64,000 nt of DNA from Toensbergia leucococca. Lineage: Eukaryota. The stretch's first letter is position 1. Each line of letters begins with the position of its first letter. Shown here piece by piece: positions 13,574 through 27,350 of the stretch. Below the pieces are notes generated by a model. It was given only the letters and a program-made list of their open reading frames with translations, made no database searches and was not told the DNA's origin. Where the stretch lies: contig JALDZS010000007.1 in NCBI GenBank assembly GCA_022813965.1, positions 124,001-188,000 on the forward strand, given 5' to 3'. The position numbers were made by a program, and so were the translations under genes.

Positions 13574-14597
13574 TCAAGAATCCGGAGAAGACGAAGCCGC
13601 GTTTTCGTCGAAAAGCGCCCAGTCATGAATTTGCAAGCTCTCGTACATCTTTCTCATTATGGCCTCGCCTTCTTCCGCAACAGGGGTTGAATCACCGTCT
13701 TCCGTCAGCACGAGAGTGTCCGTGAAGGGAGGGATGTAGAGGTTGTTGGGAATGGTAACTGTCATTACCAGATCTGTACCTTGCATTGGGAGACGGAGCA
13801 GGGTCAAGCAGATGAGTGTGAAGCGTGGTCCGGGATGGTCGACGAGGATGTTTGGGTCGACGAAGGTGGTGGCGGTGAGAGTCATACCGAAATTAGCGTC
13901 GCTGAGACTAGGGTTTGTTAGACGAGGCGGATCGTAGACAGGGGGAAAGAAAGAACGAGTAGGAGTATAAGATTCGGATTTACTGTAAAACATAAGACTT
14001 TGGCAGCTTGAGAATTCGACGAGACCAGGCAGCTCGAAAGAAATGAGAAATTGGGCAGTCTAGAAGTGCTTGTAGACTTACTAAAGAATTTTGTTGAATC
14101 GTATGTGGTTCCTTGCCCATATTTGAGGATTATCGGCTTGATTGACGATTGCGTCGAAGTGAAAATCGAGGGCTTCGCGCTCGGTACGAATATCGACGGA
14201 CTCGAGAATATCGATAATTATGCTGGTGGAATTATTATTGGAGACGAAGACTTCTTGGTGGTCAGGAACCGGGCGGAAGTTGCTAGCAGGAGGAAAAGGT
14301 TAGAGGGTTGTCGATGCATGGGTGAGCGAATGGGAAAGATGTATGTTGGAATTAGTCTGTGTATCATAGGGGTCGTTTATGAGAGGTCTCTTGATGAGGG
14401 TTGGCTTGCAAAATGAATGAAGTGTATGTAGGAGAGCAAGCTCTTGTTTGGAGTGAAAGTCGAGAAGAAACTCTATCATACCTAGCATCGATAAACCCAA
14501 CAGGAAGCTCAACACTCAAAGCTCCGCCATAAAGATCGACGCGCGTGTACTCCACGGCGGGTACGGATTCTATCGAGGGGATAGGGTTCTGGTCCAT
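13574..14597 (-). CDS. MOG1: Mog1/PsbP-like Ran guanine-nucleotide release factor
   Basis: Exon 1 LYGGALSVELPVGFIDAS; exon 2 NFRPVPDHQEVFV..SIIIDILE; last exon LTLLRLPMQGTDLVMTV..SLQIHDWALF. Internal exon limits are approximate. Confidence 0.8.
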
Positions 14598-15369
14598 GAC
14601 TATCTTGTCTTACTCAATCGAGAGAAAATGGGAGGCGTCTTTCAAACTCTTAGAAGATGAGGAAAGTATGCAACAATGACATGAACGATATGAGCAGTGT
14701 TTGAGATCTGTCCAAAAAATAACGTAGTATTTGTTGCCGTGGGTATGTGATATTAAAATGCAGTAGGATGGACAGAGCAAGAACGACCAGGCAGCACTTC
14801 AGAACTAGACATGGACTCACACTGCATATTCAAAGGACTGCGCTCAGGAATCAATCCAAGACAACGTACAACTTGGAGGGCATTATGATGTGTTTCGAAA
14901 GCATCTCGACGATATATGTTGGAGTCAAAAAACATAAATAGGAGACATGTTGACTTTCAAGGATTTAGCCCTCAACCCGATACATTTGGTCTTCTGAATC
15001 AATCAACCATTGATTGAGTCTAAATGAAGACATCTTATCACTCAAACAATGATCCCAGAGAACACCTCACTCGCCTATTGTCTACTATGCTTTAGAGTCT
15101 TTTGTTTGAGGCCCTTTCTATGGTCAAATATCCTCAACCTGCTGCTCTATTAAACGTATGATTTGCATGGCTAAATTTGTTCTTTTCTAGACTGAGGCCT
15201 GATAATCTTGCTCCAAGTTTGAAATGGCAATTTTGTCTGGATCTAGACATTTCAAGCACCTACATACGTCTCAAGAACCCATTTCCGACGCGACAACTAT
15301 ACTGAATCCATCCTTCATGTCCCTCATGGTAATACCCGAACGCCGAGGCTTTGATTTTCGCAAACATAC

Positions 15370-15882
15370 TCATTGTACCTCTGCTAGGTAGTCATCTTGC
15401 AGTGAAACCTCATCGACCTCCATGGTGGCAGCCTGCTCTTCAGAGCCCTCGACCGCTAACTCTTTCTTTGGACCATTATCTGTCGTCAGGCCTACAGCAG
15501 CCTCGGCTTCTTTCTGACTATATGGCTTCTCTCGGAGGAAGCGTATCCTATATAGTTTGAGCACAGACGTTTACCTTGCGACATGCGGAGAAGTCATGGT
15601 CCCACCTTCTCTTGTGGTTCTTCCCTTTCCTATGCTGAATCAAGCTGTGCTCTCCTTCGAACCACTTTGCACATTCGACACAATACCATTGCCCTAGCCC
15701 AGGAAGATCCTCAACTGGCTTGAGTGTTTTGTGTTGAGCAAGGTGCTTCGGCGAGAGGAGGTCGGCGTGGATTTGGTCAAGATCCCTGTAGTATTGGATC
15801 AGGCACAATACTATTGCAGAGATACGTGGAGTTCCTTAGACCTCGTGCGACGCTTGGTCTTACTTCTTCGAATTGATCCCAT
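15370..15882 (-). CDS. BUD20: Bud20/ZNF593-like C2H2 zinc-finger ribosome biogenesis factor
   Basis: MGSIRRSKTKRRTR|DLDQIHADL..EDLPGLGQWYCVECAKWF..HRKGKNHKRR|IRFLREKPYSQKEAEAAVGL; two GT-AG introns. Confidence 0.92.
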
Positions 15883-16533
15883 GGCAGTGAAAATTTCCGG
15901 TGACGTTGAATCTCTACAGATTTGGTACGAGTAACGCCAGTGGCTTTCTAAGCGAGAAGTGCTAAATAGAATATTCTAGGGGTGGAGGGGTGGAGGGGTG
16001 CTAGCGCGGCGATGCGGGCACCTATGTCGGAGCCATGCGAGGCATGCAAATCCGTCACTGATATCTATTGAGAAGGAGGAATGGAATTGGTCACCTTCAT
16101 TGGTCCTTCAGCGCCAAAGTCCAATGAAGCTACATATGTACCTGAAGCCGGAGAATTTATCTGACTTCAAGCGTACTCGTACACTGCGGCTTTGAAGTCG
16201 TTGATAAGCCGCATATATGGATAGCAAATACCAACGTCCTCATTGGCTGATACAGGAGACACAGAGCTTTCACTACTGAAGACTATCGTAGACTGAGTCA
16301 AATAGATTAGAACAATTGACTTGCCTAGTGGAATTATCTGAAATCTTGAAAAGCCCATGACCGTCGGTGGTATTGGTGCAGCTTGCCGTCAAGCCGGCTC
16401 TTAGTTTCTGCCGGTCCTGCCTCCGATAACATCTCCTCATCGCCGAGCAACCTCTGCACTCATCCTACAACCTCATATTCAGTTGTGACATTGGCAAAAC
16501 CCTTACTTTTAAGCTAAGCTAAGGCTTCGCAAG

Positions 16534-19449
16534 ATGATTTCAACAAGGCACTTTGCACGTGTCGGCAAGCTGGTAAGCTCTTTCTCTAATTCGATTGTCA
16601 TGGTCAAGTCCCCATGTTTATCGCCATCGACCCCGCATAGCGTCTGAGGAGAAGGTATGCTGACATTGCTCTTCCATAGATTCCTAGTGTTCGAGTCGTA
16701 TGTCTATCCTGTTGATTTTGAATCTCACTATACCGAATCTCTGCGGATCACGCTAAATTCACATGCCCGTAGCTCTCCCGGACTCGGACACTGGCCACAG
16801 TCAGTGATGCTCCACTGGATAGAAAGGTTGAAATGACCAATTGGGAGAAGGTATGCATCACTGAGACTGCCATGGCTTATAACCTGCTTGTCAAGACATT
16901 CCGCTAGCGAGAATTCTCACTGATGCAGCATTTCAGGGCCATTATATCAACTATAAGTACGTTGCCCTGGAGAGAGGCTTCTACTTGAAGTCCTTACTCC
17001 GCTAGTGTTTGATTGGGACCTGCTGCATAGCCGTTGGACCACTGGCGAGTCCCACATGTGTTTATGAAGATGCTTATTAGGAATCTGTCCGTAGGAAGAT
17101 GTCAGAGAACCTATCTGTTGTTCGGTCGCGTCTCAACCGACCCTTGACCTACGCAGAGAAAATCCTCTATTCACATCTCGATGATCCTCATGGTCAGGAA
17201 ATTGAGCGGGGTTCGTCATATCTGAAGCTAAGGCCAGATCGTGTTGCTTGTCAAGATGCTACGGCCCAGATGGCTATCTTACAATTCATGTCTGCGGGAA
17301 TGCCGTCTGTAGCAACACCCACAACCGTTCATTGTGATCATCTGATCGAAGCGCAAGTTGGAGGCGTGAAGGATCTCGCAAGAGCTAAGGACATCAATAA
17401 AGAAGTCTACGACTTTTTGTCAACCTCATGTGCAAAATACAACATCGGGTTCTGGAGACCAGGTTCCGGAATTATCCATCAGATTGTGCTTGAGAACTAC
17501 GCATTCCCCGGGGGCTTGATGATTGGCACTGACTCCCACACACCCAACGCCGGGGGTCTTGGTATGTGCGCAATTGGTGTTGGAGGTGCGGACGCTGTGG
17601 ACGTAATGGCAAATTTACCCTGGGAATTGAAGGCTCCTAATGTCATTGGAATCAAGCTTGTTGGAGAGCTGTCTGGCTGGACTGCGCCTAAAGGTATGAT
17701 CTATGAAAACTAGCAAAGATTGCTGCTTATTAAAGCTTTCAGATATTATTTTGAAGGTTGCTGGAATCTTGACAGTGAAAGGAGGAACAGGTGCCATCAT
17801 TGAGTATCATGGTCCAGGTGTCAATTCTCTCTCTGCTACTGGTATGGGAACGATTTGCAACATGGGCGCCGAGATTGGAGCAACCACGTCGGTATTTCCA
17901 TTCAACGACCGCATGCATGATTATCTTACCGCGACCAAACGCAAGGACATCGGAGATTTCGCTAGAGTATATGCCAAGGAGTTGAAGGAGGATGAAGGTG
18001 CTCAATACGACGAACTCATTGAAATAAATCTTTCTGAGCTTGAGCCACACATCAACGGCCCTTTCACGCCCGATCTAGCAACTCCAATCTCCAAGTTCAA
18101 GGAAGCCGTTCATGCAAACAAATGGCCAGAAGAATTGAAGGTCGGCTTGATCGGTTCTTGCACCAACTCATCTTACGAAGATATGTCTCGCGCTGCATCG
18201 ATAGCTCGTGACGCACTTGATCACGGAATCAAGACCAAGTCTGCCTTCACTGTCACACCTGGGTCTGAGCAAATTCGTGCTACCATTGCACGCGATGGTC
18301 AGCTAGAGACCCTGGAGGAATTCGGTGGAATGGTGTTGGCAAATGCATGCGGCCCTTGTATTGGACAGTGGGACCGCAAGGATGTCAAGAAGGGCGAGGC
18401 TAATTCTATCATCTCTTCCTACAACCGTAACTTCACAGGGCGAAACGATGCGAACCCTGCGACCCACTCTTTCGTCACATCGCCAGATCTTGTCGTTGCT
18501 ATGTCACTTGCAGGCAGCCTTAACTTTAACCCTCTTACTGATCCGCTGCAAGACAAAGATGGAAAAGACTTTATGCTTTCAACGCCAACTGGTGTTGGCC
18601 TCCCCCCGAATGGCTATGATCCAGGACAAGACACTTATCAGGCACCACCCGAAGAACGGTCTGCAGTGTCAGTTTCAGTATCCCCTTCTAGTGATAGACT
18701 TCAAATCCTTGAGCCGTTTAAGGCCTGGGACGGCAAAGATGCGACTGATATTCCCATCCTTATCAAAACGCAAGGGAAAACTACCACTGATCACATTTCC
18801 AGTAAGAAAACAATTGCTTCTGAGGCTACTACCGCTGATTGATTCTTAGTGGCGGGACCATGGTTAAAGTACCGTGGTCATCTTGACAACATCTCCAACA
18901 ACATGTTAATCGGAGCTATCAACGCAGCAAACGGTCAAGCTAATAAGGTCAAGAATTTTGCTACTGGGGAAGTTGACGCTGTCCCTGCAACGGCACGCGA
19001 CTACAAGAAAAAGGGAATTCAGTGGGTTGTCATTGGTGACTGGAACTATGGCGAAGGGAGCTCAAGAGAACACGCTGCACTTGAACCGAGGCATCTAGGG
19101 GGTCTTGCTATCATCACACGAAGTTTTGCTCGTATCGTAAGTTGAATACTTACTCCTCCACCTATACCAGTCCATTAATTCTCTGTGCCAGCACGAGACA
19201 AATTTGAAGAAGCAAGGTATGCTTCCACTGACTTTCGCGGATCCGGCGGATTACGACAAGATCAACCCCGAGGACAAAGTCGATCTGATGTGCACTGAGC
19301 TCGCTGTGGGGAAGCCTATAACGTTAAGGGTACATCCAAAGCACGGATCGGCGTGGGATGCCAAGCTCGCTCACACGTTCAATGAGTCGCAAATTGAGTG
19401 GTTCCATGACGGTAGTGCGCTGAACACTATGGCTAAGCACCATGCATAG
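16534..19449 (+). CDS. ACO1: Mitochondrial aconitate hydratase
   Basis: Presequence [13 protein letters not shown] with several small 5' exons. Motifs [64 protein letters not shown] and [16 protein letters not shown]. Confidence 0.97.
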
Positions 19450-20039
19450 GCAGGACTAATCTCTGCTGCGAGAGAGGTGGAAGGGATGTGAGTCATTGCA
19501 CGTGATTAAGCGGATGTGGAGGATTCCTGATGGGCATGCAGAAAGCTTTGCGGAGCGGGTTGAAAGGCAAGTATGGAATGTGGAGAATGAACTGTACAGT
19601 GTTTCTGAAGAGGTTTTGGGCGACTCAAGCGCCTTGCAGCAGTTTTATGATTATGCGTATGTAGCTAAATAACTCATATGAAATCCTTTCCTGTGTATCT
19701 TCCCGTGCCACAGGTGCTTGTCAGAAGCTCAACTTCCTCACATACAATTTTATTCTCCTAGCTGTAGTCAAAAACTATGCGTTGTACTGTCGACCCCTTT
19801 TTAACTCTTGAGGAGATTAATGTTATCCGTAGAGGGGCTCGAGCTATTTACCCCCACAAAATGGAGAGTAAACATACCACACCGCGCTAAATATTCTAAT
19901 CGATAACACCACATCAACAACGCCTCCGGAAAACTCACCGCACCTCAAGCAAACCCAAACCCAATTACTCCATCTCACCGCACTCCACCCCTTTCCAGAT
20001 TCAAAACCAAAAATTATCTCAATTCCCCTCTCAAAATAA

Positions 20040-20778
20040 ATGGACGCCCCACACCACCGAAAAATCGACCTACAGTCCCCCTCCGACCTCCAGCACCTCC
20101 AACGCACAATCCAGCAAACCGCCCGCTCAAAGCTCGATCTCGCAATCCCCACGCCACTCTCCGACCCATTCAAGCAAAAAGTAGACGAGTTAGTCACAGA
20201 CGTATGCCATTCTTGCCCACCCCCCCCTCCTTCAATCAAAAAAAACCCCCCCACATCTAAAAAAACGAAATTTACGTGAATGGGTAACGGACCTGACGAA
20301 CAAATGGTAGTACATCCAACGCACCCTCACCCTCGCCCTCCCCTCCCTAAGCATCAACGGCCTAGATGCCTCCCCAGCCCTCTTATACCCCTCCTCCAAC
20401 CCCCCCGACCCCAACAACCCGCACTCCGAACCCGAAAACTACGAACCCTACGACCCGCGCCTGGCCTCCAAACTCCGAAACCTTTACGCGCTGCTGGAAA
20501 CGGAATCGACGCGCGTGGCGGAACTGAGGCGGGAGGCGCCGCCGGCGGCGGCGAGGGCGTATGCTGAGAGGTTGGGTGCGGAGATGGGAGGGGAGGAGGG
20601 GATGGAGAGTGAGGGGAGGGTTGGGGAGGAGGGGGAGTTGGTTGGGGGGGTTGGTGCTGGGGTGGAGGGGATATGGGAGAGGGGCAGGGAGGGGTTAGGG
20701 GGTTTGGAGGGGGTTACCGGGGTTTTGGCGAAGTTGGAGAGGGCGGAGAAGGTGGTGGGGGTTTTGGAGAGGTTGTGA
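20040..20778 (+). CDS. Mis14/Nsl1-like kinetochore protein
   Basis: MDAPHHRKIDLQSPSDLQHL..KVDELVTD, intron about 20202-20310, then YIQRTL..SLSINGLD..ENYEPYDPRL..VAELRREAP. This resembles fungal Mis14-domain proteins as I recall them. Confidence 0.7.
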
Positions 20779-21410
20779 GGAGGATACTGGATGGAGGAGG
20801 GTTCGAGAAAATACCCGTCTTTTAAGGAGGGTTTTTCCGCACTGGCTTTTGCATTCATGGAAGGATTACCCTATTGACCTAATCGTGACTCGATATAATT
20901 ATAAAAAGAGATAGTGTAGGGCCATCATGTTGACGCCAACAAGAATCCCACAACAATTTAGCAACATGCAAACATAGATGCATGGTCACAACACCAAATC
21001 GTAGCTCCAGTCTAGTTTGACCACCATAAGATCACTTGTAAAACGTGGTGTAACTTGAAGACATAAGATCGGCCCTGTATTTAGGAACTCGGGGCAAAAC
21101 AGATAAGTTGGGTGAAGTCTTTTGGAATTGCGTCTGCTCGTTGCATAGGGTTGGAAGGGTTTAGAGGGAAAGCTACAAATAATATTGATTCATGGATGCG
21201 CAAAGCTACCTAGGATGCTGAATCTCAGGGAGGGAGGTTGATCAGTACAAGGACCACCTCCGTGACAGTTTCACGCCAGCCAAGTGAGAATTAGCCATAG
21301 CACTGTAATACTAACGTTTCCCGATGCTGCCAGGTTTCCAGAACCCTCTCGCCGAGCGCGCATTAAGAAATCTAGCAAGGTTCAAAAGAAATGAGAAAAG
21401 CCGGCCCGTA

Positions 21411-22621
21411 TTATTGACCTGCCGGTGCCTTCTGAGGTGCCCCATTGGCAATCTTCTGATCCTGTGGCTGCCGTCCCGCTGCTGGCGCTCTCTGGGGCTT
21501 GTGGGTGGGTATTGTCGACGTCGGCTTGTTCTCGATTGTGGTGGAAGCTTTTCCCTTTTGCTCGTACTTTGGCGGCTTGGTCCATTTGGCATCCTGCCAT
21601 GGACCCATGTCACTTAGCGCACACCCGCCCTCGCAAGCACATGCTCCGCCGAACATCTTCGGGAGGTTCTCCTTTGGTACTTGATTCAGTAGCTCGGTTT
21701 GATAACCGCCGCCCAAAACGTGGATCTTCTGAACTGTGACTGGGTCTAGGAATCCCTTGACTACGCTGAAGACCGACGAGAATCCCCAGGGAGCGTTTAT
21801 GAGGTATAACTTGCCCAATCGTTCGGGGTAATAATTCTGCGAAATGGCGGATGCTTGTTTGACATAACCGTAAACGGAGCTCACTTTGGTAATACCCACA
21901 CCCTTCAGGTCCATGATTGTGCAGCAGGTTTCCAGAAGCTGGCCTGATTTTCGAGAGCAGGCAGGTAGCCGAGGATCTGCGACTTTCTCGTACTCGACGA
22001 CAAGGTTCTGCAACATACGTTCGGATGTTGTGATTTTGTATAGAGCATTTAGGTCAATATTGCCCAATTGCTCAATGTAGACAGGTCGTCCATCCTGAGA
22101 TGCGCATCAGTCTGGCAGGGCCGCTTCTGCTCTTGAAAAACTTGAAATACCTTGTCTGTCTTGTGGTAATATTGCGGGTAGTACTCGAAGACTTTAGGCC
22201 TCTCTTCGTAGTTGAACGTTCGCACAAGCTCGTCTACACCGAATTCTTTTCTCCATTTCTCACACTCAACGAACCTAGCTATGCTTTAGTCTAGCTATAG
22301 AGTAATCCAGAAGGGGCAGCGCACGTACATGGTCTTGGCTAACTCAACATTAAATTTTCTTGCTCGTAGAAATCGAAGCTGTTGACGATATGTTAGCTGC
22401 TTAGAAGTACGCGGGTCTGCTAACGCAAAGAAATTTACCATAGACAGAGTATCTAATCGTTCTGTGTAGCCTGCCTGCTCAAGTTGCACTCGCAGTTGGT
22501 GTACTTGAGCATCTTGCTGAGGGGTGGTATGGCCTGGGTGCCCGCTTTGTACCTCGGAGCTTGTGGTTGGGTAATCGTAGTCATCATATTTAGGATCCAG
22601 CTTCAACTGAGGGGAAGCCAT
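21411..22621 (-). CDS. SEC14: Sec14 phosphatidylinositol/phosphatidylcholine transfer protein
   Basis: [93 protein letters not shown]. Confidence 0.96.
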
Positions 22622-22972
22622 GCCAAAAATCGTGAAGTTGGTATGGTCAGGAAGACTGTAGGCTAAGGACAGACAACGAACGACTGGAGAAGGGGCCGTT
22701 TCGAGGGTTTATTTCTAGGCGTTGGTGTTGGAAGCCTGTATTTTTGATTTTTGGTGGGGGTCATGCATTGGCGAGCGAAGATGATGTCTTCTTAGAAAAG
22801 CCTCGCCAGCTATGACAGCAGTGAAACTAGGTGTATCAAAAAACGAAGATGGGTCTCTCAAATTAGGTCTGTTGTGACATATCATTTTCGATTTTGATAT
22901 TATTCTGATATATCATGGACATTGAGAGCCCCCATTGAACATGAAAGAGCGCCACAACTCCGGGAATGCTGG

Positions 22973-23884
22973 CTATGAACCACGCCCTCGAGAACCACCT
23001 GGCCTTGTAAAGTTAGGATTACCACCTCCTCTGGGTGCACCCCTTCCAGAGCTAAAGCCACCACCCCTACTGCCTCCCCGATTGCTTCCTCTACTGCCTC
23101 GATCCCCGAACCCTCCTCGTCCTCTAGGAGCACCGCGACTGCCACCGCGACCTCCTCCTCGGCCACCCCGCATCGGTGCCCCTCTCGATGCACCCCCGGC
23201 GCGCTTTGGCTTAGCAGTCCCTGTCGTCATATCAGTAATAGTTTCCAGGAGAAGAGAAAGCGACTGACCGGGAGGCGGCTTGGGTTTAGGTAGAAACCTG
23301 AAGCTTCATGTCAGCATCAATCCATAGAAACTAACCATAAGCTACTGTACTTTTCTAAAGGCAAGAGCTTATCTCCTCCGATGTAAAACTTGTCTCCCGA
23401 CTTGAAAGACGTAGCCACGATGCCTTCTTGAGGCTTAATGGTGAAGAATAGCTGATTTATAGGACCCAAAATCTCGTCAACTTTGCCAATTGCGGTCTAC
23501 GGCTTGTCAGCAATCTTATAGGCTGAGTTCAGCTGTGACGCCGACCTTGTTTTCTAGGTAAATTAGAGCATTGAAATACGGGATCTTTGGGTTGTTCGAT
23601 TCGCAGACCATTTCTCCCTCACAAGCATGAATGAAGGAGCCCATTTCTGCATTACCATCAGCGACAACTCAGCATAGCGCCTTTTCTCAATCCTAACCTA
23701 GGACAGCTGATGGTGGTCCATACGATTGCTGAAAGCCACCCCGACCTGCCCACACGTCAGCTTTCGATCAAGGAAATACTCCAGGCTTGAATGAAACCAC
23801 ATTACCCCGTGAGCTAAACCCACCGCCTCCTCGACCGCCCCCAAAGCTTCCTCCTCGCCCTCGCGGTGTGCCTCGGCTCGACAT
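22973..23884 (-). CDS. GAR1: H/ACA snoRNP subunit Gar1
   Basis: RGG-rich N- and C-termini. The core spread over small exons reads [98 protein letters not shown]. Confidence 0.93.
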
Positions 23885-24089
23885 TGGATCTATTGTGGTA
23901 CACCAGTAAAATATTTAAAATGTGCGGCCAGGGAGTCTAAAGCTAGCGCCATTTTCTGCCACCGCCTCGGTAAATTAGAACTAGTTCTAGCGTGATTCAT
24001 AAATGCGGGTTCTGGTGCTCGTATGGATATTCGTCAACTCAATAAAATGCATTTCTGAGTCACGCAATTTATGCTACCTCAGCGTAGCA

Positions 24090-26695
24090 ATGCCGACACA
24101 AGATAATGCTCACGGTGGTGCAGAGACCGAGTCAATCGCCAACCTGGCTCACCGACAGCTCATTGATGCTCAGTACTCAAAGTTTTCAGAAAACAATTCT
24201 GAACCCCAGAGCTCTGCAAGCTCAAAAGCCATGCAGTCAAAAAAGTCCAAAACAAAAGACCATTCGCATGGCTTAGGACAGTCTCAAGGTGGAGTTTCTA
24301 GCTTGCCAAAAAGTGTCGAAAATACCTCAAAACATGCACCAGATGTTTTACCAGACTTCATAACGCGACGTAACGAGCTCTTTGACGAGCTCAAACGCCA
24401 GCATGATGCCGATGTTTTGCAGAAAGAGCATTCTGTACTCAACGTGGTTCTGGATCTTGGATTGGACAAAGATGGCAAGCCAAGGCCGGCAATGTCTGTC
24501 CCCGCAAGGGCTTGGGAATCCACACCGGGATCCTTCCTGAAACATGTTGACAAGGACATCAGCAGTGACGTGGTTATAGCAAAAGTGGATGGGAAAGGTC
24601 TATGGGATCTCGACCGGCCATTGGAGTATGATTGTCGGATCAGTTATATACCATTTACGTCTCCCGAGGGGAGAAATGTATTTTGGCATTCCAGTGCCCA
24701 CGTTCTCGGAGAAGCTGCTGAGTGCCAGTATCAATGTCTTTTGTCACATGGTCCGCCCGTGGAACAGGGTTTCTTTTACGATATGGCACTCGCTGACGGG
24801 TAGGTTCATGGCCATTTGATCAAGCAGATTGAACTGATATCTCGTAGACAGATTGTCAATCAGAGTGACTGGGCGCCTTTGGAGAACAAAGCCTCAAAAT
24901 TCTTTAAGGAGAAACAGCCTTTTGAGAGACTGCACGTGTCCATTCCGAACCTGAAGGAAATGTTCGGATACAGCAAGTATAAGATGTATTACATAGAAAA
25001 TCTGTTGCCACCAGAAGGAAGCACAGTCTACAAGTGTGGGTCGCTGGTAGATCTCTGTCTTGGCCCTCATATACAAAATACTAGTAAAATAAAGGCATTT
25101 CAGATTATGAAGGTTTGATATCTTCCCTCCATATGCAAGACTATACCGGCTTACTTCGATAGAACTCTTCCTGTTACTTTCGTGGGGATAAAAACGACGA
25201 CTCGTTACAACGAATATATGGCGTAGCATTTCCCGAGAAGAAGCAATTGGTGGAACATAAAAAATTTCTTGAAGAGGCGGCAAAGCGAGATCATCGCAAA
25301 ATTGGTACTGAGCAAGAATTATTTTTTTTCAACGAACTATCCCCAGGGTCCGCCTTTCTCCTTCCCCATGGTACTTTAATATTCAATGCTTTGCAAAAAT
25401 TGCTACGATCTGAATATCAGAAACGAGGATATCAAGAAGTACAGTCACCAAATATGTACGACATTGAGCTGTGGAAACGATCAGGTCATTGGCAGCATTA
25501 CCAAGATGGCATGTTCATTCTCGAAGTCGAAAAACGAAAATGGGCTCTCAAGCCGATGAATTGCCCTGGACATTGTGTGATGTTTGGGCATCGGGAGAGA
25601 AGCTATCGAGAATTGCCTCTAAGGATGGCAGATTTCGGAGTATTGCATCGCAATGAGGCCTCTGGAGCCCTAAATGGACTTACGAGGGTGCGGAAGTTCC
25701 AACAAGATGACGCTCACATCTTTTGCACTCAAGATCAGGTATGCCACCATCTAAGATGGGATTATATCAAACTAAAGCACTCTACAGATCGGGCAAGAAA
25801 TCGAGGGCCTTTTCGATTTTTTGAAAAGCATCTATGGTCTCTTCGGCATGCCTTTCAAATTACAGCTTTCGACTAGACCCGAGAAGTTTATGGGTGAGAT
25901 CGAGACATGGGATGCTGCTGAAGCCAAGCTGAAGGAAGCTTTGGATGCCTTTACTGCGTCTGGTGGTGGAGAGTGGGAAATCAACGAAGCAGACGGTGCT
26001 TTCTATGGACCTAAAATCGACATCACTATATCTGATGCATTGAAACGAGATTTCCAATGTGCGACGATACAACTGGATTTCCAATTACCGCTGAACTTTG
26101 AGCTCGAATACATGACTGCAGAAGCTTCATCGAAAGCTAAAGTCAGCGGACCTAGCGAAAGCAAGGAGGCAGACGGCTCCACTGCTGTTTCTGCAGGCCT
26201 AAAGGTTCCGGGCCCTGGACGTGCTCGGCCGGTGATGATTCACAGGGCAATAGTCGGTAGCTTTGAACGATTCATTGCTATCTTAACTGAACATTTCTCG
26301 GGAAAATGGCCTTTCTGGCTCAGTCCGCGACAAGTACTCGTCATACCAGTGATGCCAGCAGTCAATGATTATGTCGAGGAAGTACAGCGATTGTTTAAGG
26401 GGTCGAAGATGCATGTCGATATTGATATCAGTGGGAACACGATGCAGAAAAAGATTCGGACTGGACAACTGCAACAGTACAACTTCATATTTGGTAAGCG
26501 TCTAATACGTGAGCGATTGTTATTTACTGACAGATGGCAGTGGTGGGGGCGCAAGAAAAGGAAACACGATCGGTCAACATTCGAAATCGCGATGATCAGG
26601 AGACACAGTCCAAGGGGGAGCTGGTGCCATTAGATGAGGCACTCGCAAAGCTGAAGAGGCTTAAGAAGGAGCGAAGAATGATTAGTGCGATATGA
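24090..26695 (+). CDS. Threonyl-tRNA synthetase (eukaryotic cytosolic type)
   Basis: TGS-like LWDLDRPLE, editing motifs [12 protein letters not shown] and [60 protein letters not shown]. Start is uncertain (24003, 24090 or 24231). Confidence 0.93.
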
Positions 26696-27350
26696 TTTGG
26701 CTAGCAAGCACTGTCCCAAATCCCAAATCCCAAATAGAGACAGGTATTCTCGGGCCTCAGCTACATGTACCATGTAACTTGCTCCTTATTCTTGAACGAG
26801 TAGAGGACAAGTATGAGGACTCGTACGGGGAACATACGGACACTATTCGCAATTGGCCGTGATACTTTCCTACCACTCCTGTGAGTACTCGTACCTCACC
26901 TCACATTTCCCAGTGCACATGCAATTTAAATGACGTAATGCGTGAGCCATCAGTAAGAGCACCTAGGTAGGTAGAAGTATGGAAATTTAGGATGCAAGGC
27001 CGTGCATGCACCAGTGATGAACATAAACCAACCTTTACTCCCCTTCTACCAATCATTCAATACATCTGTCATTGCCTCGTCGTCTCAAAAAGTCTGCTAG
27101 CAGTCTTCAGCCATTACCTTACCGTCACCCTCCGACCCGGCCAAAGCCGCTGCAGAGTCGCACACCACCTCCATGTACATGAACGTCACCAAATTGCAAG
27201 AAGACCCTGCCAACACAGCTACAGAGAGTCCTCTGCTTTATTTCAGTAGGAACACATTGGCCTCTCCATAGCAAACTACCAACATAGCAACACGATTCTG
27301 TCGTTGTTTCCCCTTCGCTTGAGATCGACCCTAGGGCAGCTAAATCGCAA

